Made by a program: the position numbers and the translations under genes. The notes under the pieces are model-generated. The model saw only the letters and a list, made by a program, of their open reading frames with translations, made no database searches and was not told the origin of the DNA. A stretch of 64,000 nt of DNA from Octopus sinensis (taxonomy: Eukaryota), in contig NW_021835966.1 in NCBI RefSeq assembly GCF_006345805.1, positions 5,368 to 69,367 on the forward strand, in the 5' to 3' direction. Below, piece by piece: positions 36,770 through 50,753 of this stretch (position 1 is its first letter; every line of letters starts with the position of its first letter).

Positions 36770-37152
36770 GTATGCCCCTTTGTGGCTGACGATATGTGCA
36801 TCTCTGACCACGTGCAGAAATAGTGGGGACCATCATAACCATGTGTTGAGAGGAATTCGTTGGGATGTGGGTAATTCCTCACTGGCAACATGGTTGTTTC
36901 GTTCAACATCCTTAAATACCCCTTAACAACCTTTTGAGTGGGATGGGCTACTCGATCTGTAGAAAATTATGACTGTGCCCCTTCTGCAAGGTCATTCGCT
37001 GTTTATCTTGATATGAAATCACCATGTCGCGCACATATGGTTGTGATGCGTATGCCTCGTGTACCCTTAACAGACAGGTAGTCATGATGGGTATAATAAT
37101 CTTCCTATCCTTTGCCTCAGTGTCAATTTTATGGCATGCAGTGCTCTCTCAT

Positions 37153-37155
<3 letters not shown>
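36770..37155 (+). mobile_element. Family F copy with (AAT)n tail
   Basis: GTGGCTGACGATATGTGCATCTCTGACC...GTGCTCTCTCATTT(AAT)n. Confidence 0.7.
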
Positions 37156-37219
<64 letters not shown>

Positions 37220-37220
37220 G

Positions 37221-37550
37221 CAAAAAGGGCTGATTGCTAACTAACTCAGATACCAGGAAACCCAAAAATGGCAGAAATTCAAAAGATAGTGCTCATGGGA
37301 ACTGCTCATATCCTACGCAAAATACTTTCTATGTAATCTCAAGTTATAATACAAAGTTATAATCTTTGTATGGTTTTTTTAGACATTCACTAGTACTACA
37401 CTAAGTACAAAACCAAATATATGGACTCCTAGGCATAACAACAACATGACCTTCCAACCTGTTGTCTCTTGAGGTCTCTGGGTGAGACTTGGAGCCAGCT
37501 TGTGCAAATGTAAAATGCTAAAGTCAAACATAGAGTAATAATAATAATAA
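37221..37550 (+). mobile_element. R4/Dong LINE extreme 3' end
   Basis: GNPKMAEIQKIVLMGTAHILRKILSM* plus the same 3' UTR as 17970-18160. Confidence 0.85.
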
Positions 37551-38089
37551 ACACAAACACAACCACATACACCCACACGCCCACACATATATATCCATAA
37601 ATACAATGTCATGAATATCTATTTATGAAGAGAAACATATGTGGGGTGTTACGCTAGTATTTCAGGGGTTAGCGTAATACTGAGAGTCGCCATTGTTTGC
37701 ACGTTTTGTCCTTGTTTTCTAAATCTGATTATATATTTTATTTTACTTTAACGCATTAAATGTTTCCCCCATTAATTCCAATTTATCTTTCAGAATAAAT
37801 AAATAATAAATGATGTTAAATAAAATAAAACCATTTATAATAAATTTCGTTTTGTCTCTCTTCACACTAAGGTTATTCAGAATATATTTACCTAAAAGTA
37901 AATCACAAAATTCCTCTAGTGATATTTATTTTACAAGTAATAAAATGTTGTATTTGTTAGAAATATTTTAAATTTGTAAATAATTCCCATTAATCACGTA
38001 TAAGTGACATCAATACAAAACGGCCAATTTTTAGTAGAAATATTACTCATGGGATATATTTTTGTACTTTTCTTTGTGGTTTAATATAT

Positions 38090-38682
38090 ATTTCTTTACT
38101 ACCCACAAGGGGCTAAACATAGAGGGGACAAACAAGGACAGACAAATGGATTAAGTTGATTACATCGACACCCAGTGCGAAACTCGTACTTTATTTATCG
38201 ACCCAGAAAGAATGAAAGGCAAAGTCGACATCGGCGGAATTTGAACTCAGAACGTAACGACAGACGAAATACCTATTTCTTTACTACCCACAAGGGGCTA
38301 AACGCAGAGAGAACAAATAAGGACAGACAAACGGATTAAGTCGATTACATTGCCTCCAGTGTGTAACTGGTACTTATTTAATAGACCTCGAAAGGATGAA
38401 AGGCAAAGTCAACCTCGGCGGAATTTGAACTCAGAACGTGATAGCAGACGAAATACGTATTTCTTTACTACCCACAAGGGGCTAAACACAGAGAGGACAA
38501 ACAAGGACAGACATGGGTATTAAGTCGATTACATCGACCCCAGTGCATAACTGGTACTTAATTTATCGATCCCGAAAGGATGAAAGGCAAAGTCGACCTC
38601 GGCGGAATTTGAACTCAGAACGTAACGGCAGACGACATTCCGCTAAGCATTTCGCCCGACGTGCTAACGTTTCTGCCAGCTC
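38090..38682 (-). mobile_element. SINE family A trimer
   Basis: Three units joined at CAGACGAAATAC|(C/G)TATTTCTTTACTA (~38272 and ~38457). Only the 5'-most unit keeps the A-box head. Confidence 0.9.
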
Positions 38683-39492
38683 AATAATACCATCACAGAA
38701 TGTTCCACCTTTAAAGACAACGACATTTTGATCACCTCAAGATAAAAACGCACAGTAATCGAATATATCACGTTTCTATAAATGGGTTACATAATATAAA
38801 TGATCACTGCTAGATGTTAGAACATAGAACATATCAAGGTTCAGACATAGGAAACGAATATAGGAGGTTAGCAAGCTTTTTACAAGGCTTGATACTTAGA
38901 AAGGAAAGAATGAGAGAAGTAAGGGTGAATTTGTAAATTTGTTGTTCAACGTTGAAATCGATTTGCAGTGCTTTAAGCTGTAGATAACGATGAAGATATT
39001 AATAGCCTATGGGAGTTTTTGAAGAAAGTATTCGTGAACGTAGCCAAAGGCACTCTACTCCTAATACGGATGAAAAGAAGAAAATGGATTTTGCAGAATA
39101 CATGAGAAATTATTCAGGTATGAATAGAACAAGAACGAATTATTGGATGTAGAACGAAATAAGTTAGATTTCAAGTAGAAAAGCTGAGTAAATATTGCAG
39201 TTTCAACCGAGCAGCAAAAAAGTGTGTTCAAGAAAAGTTACAAAAAATTCTCGGAAGGAAAAGCTGATGGAGGTGATAAATTACTCCATGCCGTAAACAC
39301 TGTAAGAAATGGAAAACGCTTATACAATAATGATAATAGAAGTAAATTAAGAGAGTTCAACATGACCATCGGAGATTACTATCTCTGTAGAAAAGTGGGG
39401 CTGGCTAATAACTACTGATATGATCACCTGAGAAAGAAGGAATAAAGTGATGTGAAACAGTCATATGCAAAATGGTTAATGTAAGAAATATA

Positions 39493-39724
39493 TATTTCTT
39501 TACTACCCACAAGGGGCTAAACAGAGAGGGGACAAACAAGGACAGACAAAGGGATTGAATCGATTCCATCGATCCCAGTGCATAACTGGTACTTAATTTA
39601 TCGACCCCGAAAGGATGAAAGGCAAAGTCGACCTCGGTGGAATTTGAACCCAGAACGTAGCGGCAGACGAAATACGGCTACGCATTTCGCCCGGCGTGCT
39701 AACGTTTCTGCCAGCTCGCCGCCT
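39493..39724 (-). mobile_element. SINE family A monomer with 17-bp TSD
   Basis: TTAATGTAAGAAATATA at 39476-39492 and 39725-39741. Confidence 0.92.
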
Positions 39725-40002
39725 TTAATGTAAGAAATATAACTCTTGAAAGTCAGACGGAACTGGATGTTAGCTGCATAGGAAATATCTATTGCGGATG
39801 TAGGAAAAGCCATTAAGCAAATAGAAAACGAAAGGTTCATGGATTAGGAAAAGCAAAAGAATTGATAAAAGACAGGTAAGCAAAATAATCGCAACATGTG
39901 GAACAGGTAGCAAATAGCCGAATATTTAAAGGGCGGTGTAGTGAATAGGGTACCACAAAAAAGTTAAATCTCCGAGAGAATATAAGCTAGGAAGTGTTTG
40001 TG

Positions 40003-40451
40003 GGATCTTTTCGGTTTGAACGGCTGTTTTTTCCAGCGGTGTCATATGAAATTGTCACCCATAATTATGACCCTAGTATCGATCTATTGCATTTCTATCT
40101 GTTTTAGTGTTAGAGTTAGAGTTAGGGTTAGTTAGGGTTAGGGTTAGGGGTGGGGGGAAGGGTATCTTTTTTTCTTCACAAATGTAAATAAACCCAATCT
40201 GTTTCTTAAACGAGGGACATATTCATACGGCATAGAATGTTTTTTTTTACCTCAATAGACGTAATTGATTGGTTGAATTTGCAGAAATTGAAGAAAAACA
40301 AACAACAAATACCTTACAAACCATAGAATTTTCTCAATAAAGCCAAGAGAAAAAGATGTTTCATAAACACATTCTACCAGTATACGAAGTTTAAAATTTT
40401 TTAGTTACCTAGAAATTATGTTAAAAAGTGGCCTTCAAATCGAAAAGATCC
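40003..40451. mobile_element. MITE family D, copy 2, with expanded internal TTAGGG tract
   Basis: TIRs GGATCTTTTCGGTTTGAA / TTCAAATCGAAAAGATCC. Flanks GTGTTTGTG / GTGTATGTG (8/9). (TTAGNG)n at 40103-40150. Confidence 0.88.
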
Positions 40452-41506
40452 GTGTATGTGTAAGCAGCATAGTACTGAATATTTTCAGTTTGGTGGTATT
40501 GTACGGGATAAAGGTTGCATTTGATAGAACACCATAGAATGAAGAATAAATTTGTTACATCAGTTATTTTTGCTCTAGTGCATTATGCAGCAACACGTTG
40601 TATTCAGACAAGCGTTGATAATGGCTTGTGTAGAAATTGGAGAAACCGGTGATAATGCAGATATGGATGGAGTTTGGAAGGTGAAATGTTAGAAGGGTTT
40701 GCTGTGGACGTGCGTGAATGTGATTAATAAATGTCGGATATGGATGACTGTTACCTCTCAGATGGATCCTAACTTGGAGAAATGTTGCCTGTGTTTGTTT
40801 AATAACACATTATAGCATAATTTGTTCAATGATTTCAATAAACAAGAGTCAGAATTCTTGTTTAATACTATCGATCCGTGGACAGCAATGACTGAAAGGA
40901 AAAAAATATAAACAGGTAGGAACATTGCAGTTTCTCAAAGTCCCTTACCTGGATTAATGGAGTGTGTTGTGAAACGATACGTATGTCTTACCTGTAACAA
41001 ACGCTAAATACATGTCGAATACATGACAAAGACGATGCATATCTAATATGTAACAGACTTTGTGTTTCCAATAAATGAACACCACTGCGTATGTTCAGTA
41101 TATATAAGAAACTTTACGAGGAGGTGCCCAAATCTAAACGGAAACTTCTCTGTGGGTGAAATTCGTTGTCGTTATATACATGTGTTGTTGTTTTAACACT
41201 TAGATAGGGGAGGACGGCACCCACGACCATTTATATTTCAGGATCACCAAGTTGAGAGGAAAGGAGGAAGTTATTCTCAAACCTGGTTTTAATACTTATC
41301 ACAGAATAAACTCTGCTACGGGCAACCAGGGACGAGCTGGTGCTAATAAACCAAGCGATAGATTTTGTTTTCTACTCAGAAGGCTACTAACGTAAATTGC
41401 CGCATTATATACCGCAACACATTTTGTCCGGTATTGTTAGAATTTTGCGAACTTCATCAACATGTTTGCGTATTTTGTTTAATTGTTTGAAAGCTCTATC
41501 TACGAC

Positions 41507-41546
41507 AGGCCGATGAAGGACAATGATCCTGAAACACGGTGTCCCT
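41507..41546 (+). ncRNA. Minimal type-I hammerhead-like ribozyme, CCGAUGA (U4C) core
   Basis: AGG-CCGATGA-AGGA-caatga-TCCT-GAA-ACA-cgg-TGT-C-CCT: all three stems pair, GUC triplet. Confidence 0.65.
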
Positions 41547-41721
41547 AGATGCAGTTCCGGCGGTTGGGGGTGTTTGTCTCCCCTTCGTATGTGTATATAA
41601 GGACACAGGATAAAATGTGTCGAAGCTGTCAGGAGGCGTTCGATGCCTCCTAGGGCTATATAACGGTGGTGTACCCCCTACTGTCACGTTCTTGTTAGAT
41701 TGACAGTATACAACCATTATA

Positions 41722-41966
41722 TCTACGACGATTTCATCTCAATTGAAGGAGAGGGGCTTTCTCCGTCCAGGTTGCGGATCCGTGGAATAAGCTGCCGGGC
41801 GAGATAATGAAGATGCCGACAACCGCGCGGTTCAAAGTCTCTCTTGACCAGAAATGGCCTGAACTCTTTGTATGACCACCCTCCCTGTACATAACTCCCT
41901 GTCCCCCCTACATGACATTGCTTTTGCTTTTTGAGCCAATAAAAATTGAATTGAATTGAATTGAAA
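41722..41966 (+). mobile_element. CR1-group LINE 3' end with (AATTG)n tail
   Basis: FSVQVADPWNKLPGEIMKMPTTARFKVSLDQKWPELFV*, then UTR, AATAAA and (ATTGA)n. Confidence 0.75.
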
Positions 41967-42645
41967 CGATGAAAGTGAAAGTTGACTTCGGTGAAATACG
42001 AACTCAGAATGCAGAGAACCGAAAGAAATACTACAAAATATTTTGTCCTATTGCCCTTACATTCTAATGTCTCTGTTCATTCGCCATATCGTAAATAAGT
42101 TTACTTTGTTTGATAAATCGCATTACATATAAATCCTTTCACTGCGTAACGAAGTACTTTTTTTTTCTTCACAAGATTGCTGTGTAATGTTCAAGAACTC
42201 ATTTCATTCTAGAGAAAGTAATTGAAACAAATTTTCGACACTTCGTCCATCAGATCACCAGAGTTGACACAGTTATTAATGGTTATTGTCTCAGTATCGA
42301 ACGTGGGAAATTAAGTTTCACATATTACACTTCGAAAACACAGGTCTGAAATATATTGGAAATACAAATAAATGACATTTTTATATTGAAATAGTATAAG
42401 TTAAAAAAGAAATACAGAACAGTTTTTGTTTTTACTTACTGTTGATTAAAGTTATATAGATGTAGTGATTTATGTTTGAAAACAGCTAATGGCAATAAAG
42501 AAGTTGTCGTAAACAGATATAAAGGATTTAGCTTCGTACATTGTTTATTAAAAAAGGAAACAACCTAACCTTAAGTAATATTTTTCTGTTAAATCATTAT
42601 ACTTATATGCGTCTAGTTTATATATATATATATATGTAAATAAAC

Positions 42646-42680
<35 letters not shown>

Positions 42681-42881
42681 CTACTTATATATTATATATA
42701 TATATAAGTACGTATTTATGTATGTATATATATATATAAATATATATATATATGTATATATACGTATATATATATATATACTACTTATTTATAAATATAT
42801 ATATAAGTACGTATTTATTTATGTATATATATATAAATATATATATTTAAATATACATATATATATATATATATTATATAA

Positions 42882-42920
<39 letters not shown>

Positions 42921-43041
42921 TATATATATTCTCTGCAATATATATATATATATAAATACACACACACACACACATATATATATATGTATAATTACTTGCA
43001 TATATTTACACAATGTGCTTTATGTATACATACGTACATGT

Positions 43042-43093
<52 letters not shown>

Positions 43094-43355
43094 ATGTGTG
43101 TATATACGTGTTTTGCATTATATATTTGGGATTTCACTGTCTTTTATTTTTATGTTGAATTTACATAAAGGAGTATAGAGAAAGCATGGATTAAACAAAC
43201 TGTTAAAATGAAAAACAAAAAATGACAAAAAACGCAAAATATATTTCGTTACATAACTTGCTTGGGAAATAAGCAAACCTATTTTAGATTTTCTTTTATC
43301 GTCTTCAATATTTATTCAATTCAATTCCGTATTAGAGCTGCCTAAAGCTCCACAC

Positions 43356-43395
<40 letters not shown>

Positions 43396-43616
43396 TATAT
43401 ATAATTATATATATATATACATATATATACTCTGTTAAGAGCAAGAGTATCGGGTGCGTCATGTACGCTGATACAAAATCAGAATCCAGGTAAAAAGATA
43501 TACTATAAACAAACAGCTCCTTAAGCATTATGCGCAAAAATAATGATGTATTATTTTAAACATGACTGTCATTTGTATCTAGTTATTAATTATTTATATA
43601 AACATGTCTGTATATA

Positions 43617-43659
<43 letters not shown>

Positions 43660-43861
43660 TGTATGTTTGTGTGTGTGTCTGTGTCGATATATGTGTTGTA
43701 TGCGAGTGTGTCTGTGATTTTTTTTCTCTGTAAATGTACGTATATATATTTTTCTACATCTTGATAAAATGTATATGTATATATATATATATATATAATA
43801 TATATATATTATATATATATTTATATAATTATATATACATATATATATATATTTATATAGG

Positions 43862-44165
43862 AATGAAGATAGTATGATCCGATGGATGTGTAATGTCAGT
43901 GTGCATACTCAACAGAGTTTAAGTACCTTGAGAGAAAAGTCGGACCTACGAAGCGTTAGATGTGGTGTGCAAGAGAGACGACTCTCTGGTATAGTCATGT
44001 GGCGAGAATGGGTGAGGATAGCTGTGTGAAAAAGTGCCACACCCTAGCGGACGAAGGAATCTGTGGAAGAGGTAGGCCCAGGAAGACCTGGGATGAAGAG
44101 GTGAAGTACGACCTTTGAACATTAGGCCTCACCAAGGAAATGACTAGCGACCGAGATTTTGGAAG
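43862..44165 (+). mobile_element. RTE-clade LINE 3' fragment
   Basis: NEDSMIRWMCNVSV...QERRL/WYSHVARMGED...GRGRPRKTWDEEVK, with one frameshift. Confidence 0.8.
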
Positions 44166-44181
44166 TATACATACATACATA

Positions 44182-44262
<81 letters not shown>

Positions 44263-44264
<2 letters not shown>

Positions 44265-44430
44265 GACGGGCGTCTTTCAGTTTCCGTCCAACAAATCCAC
44301 TCACAAGGCTTTGTCGGCCCGATCCTATAGTAGAAGACACTTAGTAGAAGACACTTGCCCAAGGTGTCATGCAATGGGACTAAACGCGGAACCATGTGGC
44401 TCGTAAGCAAGCGACTTACCACACACCCAC
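44263..44430 (-). mobile_element. SINE family B head
   Basis: ACGACGGGCGTCTTTCAGTTTCCGTCC...CTTACCACAC. Confidence 0.75.
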
Positions 44431-44595
44431 ACCTAATAAAATTTTATATGTTCTCAATGCACCAAGTATCATTGTTGGATCCGAGGACCAGTAAAGAGCT
44501 CTCCACAGGAGCTAGCATAAAAGCCGCCCAGTATCTGTATCTATATCTATATATATATATGTATTTACATGTATGTTTATATATATATATATATA

Positions 44596-44659
<64 letters not shown>

Positions 44660-44706
44660 TATATATATTATATATATGTTTATATATATATATTTATATA
44701 TATGTT

Positions 44707-44743
<37 letters not shown>

Positions 44744-45032
44744 GTTATATATATATATTTATGTAATCTTTTTTGCCCAATATTTTAAGGAACTTGTTGA
44801 ACTTTTTATATCCTTAACATGTCCCTGTTACCAAAGACTGTATATATATATATAGTAATGTAGCAATTTGCAACAACCAATAATTAACGCAACCAAACTT
44901 CCACATGTTACTTTTGACAATCTTTTTCCAATGTGTGAAACCGGTAAAGTAAATAAACATCTTTTAAATTGCATTTTCAAACCTTCTTTCGTATATAATT
45001 CCACTCGTGCGGTACCCCACAACTCCACTTTG

Positions 45033-45112
<80 letters not shown>

Positions 45113-45146
45113 ATATGTATATATATATATCTATGTATATGTATAT

Positions 45147-45354
45147 ACCACGACCATCAAAATGTGGCGATTTTTTTCCCTCTAGCTTCTCTTCTCTGGT
45201 TCTTTCCTTCTCCTATGTTTCCGACGAAGAGCTCCGCTCGAAACATTAAACCCTCCTTCTTTCATTCTTTCCTGAGCGTCCAATAATACTTTAATTGTTC
45301 CACGTCCTCGCGTTGTTGTGTTTTCTCTTTCCGTTTTCATGTTTGGATTAACTA
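45147..45354 (+). mobile_element. Family G copy, hammerhead-like motif at 45217-45251
   Basis: GTTT-CCGACGA-A-GAGC-tcc-GCTC-GAAA-CATT-AAAC, with (TA)n on both sides. Confidence 0.7.
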
Positions 45355-45400
45355 TATATATATATATATATATACATATATGTACATGTAAATGATATAT

Positions 45401-45460
<60 letters not shown>

Positions 45461-46051
45461 GCAATTGCTAATGACGTTTTATCTTCAAGCCTATCTTATT
45501 TCTCTTTATTGTAAATCTTTAAAGGGATATCCAGTACATAATGAGAATAATCCAATACATAATGAGGAAAATCTGAACATGAAACTCTCATTGTGGCCTT
45601 CAACCTACTGCGTAGTTGTTAATCTATTTAACTAACGTATCGAATTTCATTTCCGAAATCAAATTACATCTCTCATTGAACACATTTCAGAAGATTATTT
45701 GCGGAGTGAGCTCGACCACCCGCTTCGACAACTACGGTGGGCAACAAAAGGTATAAACGAAACCGTTTAATGTGCATAGAACGAAACATGTGATTCATAA
45801 AACGAAGTGAATGTATTCGTGTTGTTAAGAATGTTTGCATCAGTAATGATGTATATTAATAATGAAAGAATTAGTGATATTATGGTTTAGGTCTGTTTGT
45901 ATAAAAGATATCATTGACGTAATTATATGATGTTTGTTGAGTTATTGCGCAATTACAGATATGAATATAAATGGAAAAAAAACCCCAACTGAAAACCGTG
46001 ATCTGATAAAATCACTATTAAAAAAATAATCAAAGGAGTGTAACCACATAT

Positions 46052-46070
46052 ATCTATCTATCTATCTATC

Positions 46071-46166
<96 letters not shown>

Positions 46167-46219
46167 GTCTATCTATCTATCTATCTGTCTGTCTATCTAT
46201 CTATCTATCTATCTATCTG

Positions 46220-46290
<71 letters not shown>
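46052..46290. repeat. (ATCT)n microsatellite
   Basis: Read directly from the sequence. Confidence 0.95.
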
Positions 46291-46301
<11 letters not shown>

Positions 46302-46434
46302 AATAAGAATATATGCCTGATGTAAATCCATTATCCTATTATGTGTTTATGTATGTATATAAATTCACATATTTGTATAACTGTGTGTCTGTAATTATAT
46401 AAATTTCTATAAATAAATATATATATATATATGC

Positions 46435-46492
<58 letters not shown>

Positions 46493-46896
46493 GTGTGAAT
46501 GTGTGTGAATGTGTGTGTGTGTGTGTGTGTGTGTAGGTGTGTCTCTGTATGTGCGTAATTATATGTAATTTATTACAATTTCTTTATGCCACACATTAGT
46601 GTGAATAAATAGAATCAATGTATTGGATTTCCAGCGATTAGAAATATCGTTCACCGAGTGATCAACCAAATTGAAATTTTTGCAATGATGAAGCCGTTGA
46701 ATATATCGATGCAAAGCCTTTTCACGCGCGCGGGCATACACACATATACGTATGTCTATCTATATGTTTGTCTGTTTGACTGTCTTCCTCTCTCTCTCTC
46801 TCTCTCTCTCTCTGTATATATATATATTTCTTACTTTATATATACGTCCATAAATATTCCTATGTTTTTACCTATGCATATGTATATATATACATA

Positions 46897-47307
46897 TACT
46901 CTTTTACACTTTTACTCTTTTACATGTTTCAGTAATTTGACTGTGGCCATGCTGGAGCGCCGCCTTTAGTCGAGTAAATCGACACCAGGACTTATTCTTT
47001 GTAAGCCTAGTACTTATTCTATCGTTCTTTTTTGCCGAACCGCTAAGTTATACACACCAGCATCGGTTGTCAAGCGATGTTCGGGGGAGAAATACAGACA
47101 CAAAAACATACAAACACACACATACACACATATATATACAAATATATATACGACGGGCTTCTTTCAATTTCCGTCTACCAAATCCACTCACAAGGGTTTG
47201 GTCGGCCGGCCCGAGGTTATAGTAGACGGTACCACGCAGTAGGACTGAACCCAGAACCATGTGGTTCGTAACCAAGCAACTTACCACACAGCCACTCCTA
47301 CGCCTAC
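46897..47307 (-). mobile_element. SINE family B, near full length
   Basis: Homologous to the other family B copies. Confidence 0.85.
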
Positions 47308-47428
47308 ATCTATATACATAGAGATGGTATCTTTAATAGTATTATCGCTCTCATATTTATATGTACACACACACACACACACACGCACACAGTTCAACCT
47401 ACACAAGTTAATGTATATATATATATAG

Positions 47429-47535
<107 letters not shown>

Positions 47536-47584
47536 GCGATGTTATTTTTAATAGTATTATCGCTCTCATATTTATATATCTATA

Positions 47585-47915
47585 TATATATTACTGAAAT
47601 AAATTCCAGCTTTGTCTGATTTTATAATAATATAATATAATATATTATAATACAATATAAAATAATGGAATGATAGAATATTAAATGTCAATTCTGATTG
47701 AATTTGTACTTTCATGCATTAAACTATGCAATCTTCCACTGTAACCACTACGACATGAACCTGAAGTTTGTATAATTTAATGCATGACAATACAAGTTCA
47801 ATCAGAATGGACATTTAATATTCTATCATTTCATTATATATTATATTATATTATTATAAATTGTAAATAAACCGTGAAAATCAGACAAGGTTGAAATTTC
47901 CTTGAGTAATATATA
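47585..47915. mobile_element. AT-rich foldback/MITE, ~330 bp
   Basis: Arms TATATTACT...TTGTCTGATTTT...GAATGATAGAATATTAAATGTC...TCATGCATTAAA / TTTAATGCATGA...GACATTTAATATTCTATCATT...AAAATCAGACAA...AGTAATATA. Confidence 0.8.
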
Positions 47916-48272
47916 TTCTTCTATAAGCAATCATACACACACCTTTATATATATATATATATATTTGTATATATATATATATTTATTCACACACACATAC
48001 ACATACACACAGACACACACATATATATATATATATATATAATTATAATTAGGGTTCAGCTAACTGCTTCACCACATACCGAACTTAGAAATAGGAGTTA
48101 AATATTCCTTTCCTGCTACTATAAGCATCTCCATGACAGTGAACTTATTACGTGGATAATTCTATCTATAAATGTTATTTCAAACGTACCCATCTACTTG
48201 GTAAAATTGTTAATTAATTGATTGATTAATTAATAAATTTTACCTTTCGATTATTAGTTATATATATATATA

Positions 48273-48323
<51 letters not shown>

Positions 48324-48993
48324 TACGCACATATGAATTTAAGTGTATACACATATGCTTATAAATTCTTACATAAACGCTTACTGACATACATATACAC
48401 ACACACGCACACACACACAGATACACACACAGTATTTGAAAATCTACATATGCATTGCCTTGTACAAAATATATTTTGGGAAAATCTCATATTACAACCG
48501 GCGTCCCTTTTATGTTTTGCGTAAACATGACCTTTCCACGAACTATCTATATGTTTCGAACTCCCATGCTCCGATTAAAACGGATATTGGTCATCAGCAG
48601 TTGGAGATTTATGGTTTACCATAATTGTTTTCTCAGAGATAACCTCGTCGGCTGAACTTAGTAGTCGTCTGATCTGCGGAACGCGGAGCTTAGCTTATGC
48701 CACAACCACAGGAAATTATTATTCTCTCAATTATTTGCCTTTATACGTTGGATTTTGAACCTTATTGTGGGTACTGTACATCCAAAGTCTTGGAACCATA
48801 TATTATATTTATCTAAAACTCTATCTAGAGTAAGAAATTCTCGGTCTTCGACAGTTCCTCATCTTCGGTTGCCGCGACAAGTTCCCCAATGCGCTCATCG
48901 AAAAGGGAAGTTTCCATCACTACTTCTGATATCACAGCACACTAGAACTTATACATTATGAGGTTTAATGCCCTTCATTGGTTTGCTCTAGAA

Positions 48994-49357
48994 CAGGAAT
49001 TCTCAACGATTTTTTTCACCTATGGACCCCTTCAATTACTCTCTTATTCTGGTGGAATAAGTCATTCGATGTTTAGAAACTAGTTTTATAGAAATTTCTT
49101 TCAGAATTCCTATGTTGTTTTTCGCACACTAACTTGTGTAGGTTGAGCTATGTAAAAGTCTTAGAGGAAGAAACCTAGCTGTTTCTTACAATACGTACCA
49201 ATACAAACATCGAAAGCAGCTTTTTCTTAAGGTCCCTTAAAATAGTTATGTGCATCCACAATTTACTATTTTGTTACGTGGGCCTACCAAAATCTTACAA
49301 CTAGGATTCATATGGCTCCATTCATATGGCCATATGGTTTCTGGTAGGAAACCACTG
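48994..49357. mobile_element. hAT (Charlie-like) MITE
   Basis: Decayed TIRs CAGGAATTCTCAAC / GGAAACCACTG. 8-bp flanks CTCTAGAA / CACTAGAA (7/8), matching the NTCTAGAN Charlie target. A partial second copy of the interior lies at ~49915-50045. Confidence 0.7.
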
Positions 49358-50444
49358 CACTAGAATTTTCTGAATCTGAAATCCAGCAGGTTTGTTTGTT
49401 AATGAAACCGATCGAATGAGAATTTGCTGACATCATCCGATGGTGAATAAATTTGGGTTCTCCATTACTAATTCTAAAACTGTAACCACATTTTCGATAT
49501 GTGGACATAACATGGTGGTTTCTTCTGTTGTTCGCGAATAAGGGATACTTTCTCCTATAATTTTGCCATTAATACAAGCCTAGTATAAAACTAATTATCT
49601 TCACTGAATTAATCTAAAGTAATAGCCTTTTTTGAAAAGATTGTTACGGTATGCGAATAGCGAAATTAAGCCAATGAATACCACGTGGATTATTACTACT
49701 ATATACACTAGAGCGAGACAAGAACCCAGAGCTAATTATCGCAGATTGCGGAACTATCAGGAGAAATTCCACTGGATATTCTATCTGAATCAAGACCAAT
49801 TATAGATGTGTAGAATGTTCGCGGAAGATCTCTCTATTGGCAAGAAGAAACTAAAACAATATTAGTAAAAGAAGTATCCAGCATTCGCAAATGTTACTGA
49901 GAAATAGTTACCCCCAGGAACTCTTCGATTACTCTCTTATTTTGGTGGAATAAGTTATTCGATGTTTAGAGACTAGTTTTATAGAAGTTTCTTTCAGAAT
50001 TCCTACGTTGTTTTTCACATATTAACTTGTGTAGGTTGAACTACACAAGTAGCTTGTTGAGAAGAGATACATCAGATTACACAAACTTCGGGAAATACAG
50101 GAAGTAGCCATTTGTGGCTCATTAATGGGAAATTTGCAAATTTAGTACCCAGAAGATACTTTCTTTCATGCATATTATCATTGAGAAAAAATATATGTAT
50201 GAATCCGATTGGATTAAAATTTGGCTGAAGCTGGAATCTAGAAGGCAAGAAGCCCAGTTCTCTGTATGATATGCTATAAAGTGTTACTTTATCAGAGACA
50301 CTAGACAACAGCAAAAATCTCCTTACATTTGAAAGAATGGTGAAGAGATTCTTTTCCTTACAACACAGTTACTGAATAATTGTCCCATCAAACTCAGCTC
50401 AAACATCCATCTATTCAGCCAACCACCCACACAACAATCCCTAC

Positions 50445-50753
50445 GATAAAAACGATAAGCGTCGCCCTTTTCAAACCTAGCCTGGCTCATGGGCCCGGTT
50501 TCCCGATTCCTGTGGCGTATGTGTTCCCCTCAGCTGGACTGTACACCACTTCATCGCAGCATTACTCAAGAAACAGGAAGAGAGTGTGAGAGAAAGTTGT
50601 GGCGAAAGAGTACAACAGGGGTCGCCACCCCCACCCCTGCCGGAGCATCGTGAAACTTTTAGATGTTTTCGTTCAATAAACACATGCAACGCCCGGTCTG
50701 GGAATCGAAACCGCGAGTCCGCTGCCCTAACCACTGGGCCATTGCGCCTCCAC
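50445..50753 (-). mobile_element. SINE family C, tail type i, with TSD
   Basis: Tail ...CCATGAGCCAGGCTAGGTTTGAAAAGGGCG. Flanks AACAATCCCTAC / AACAAACCCTAC (11/12). Confidence 0.85.

Larger units (their letters stand above)
38950..41050 (+). pseudogene. Highly decayed RTE-like LINE ORF2, interrupted by a SINE A and a MITE D
   Basis: Fragments EDINSLWEFLKKVF...KRRKWI, FKGGVVN, (V)AFDRTP and EGFAVDV in RTE order. Heavily degenerate. Confidence 0.45.

Noticed and set aside
38090-38682. Regularly spaced repeats resembling a CRISPR or gene array
   Set aside because: The units are ~185-bp SINE A copies with no unique spacers, and there are no cas genes. The context is eukaryotic.
40103-40150. TTAGGG tract as a telomere or chromosome-fusion scar
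   Set aside because: It is internal to a MITE whose other copies have the same seed, so it was reported as a MITE feature instead.
48540-48600. Minus-strand CTGATGA...GAAAC
   Set aside because: The intervening region does not close a proper stem II, and stems I and III are at most 2 bp.
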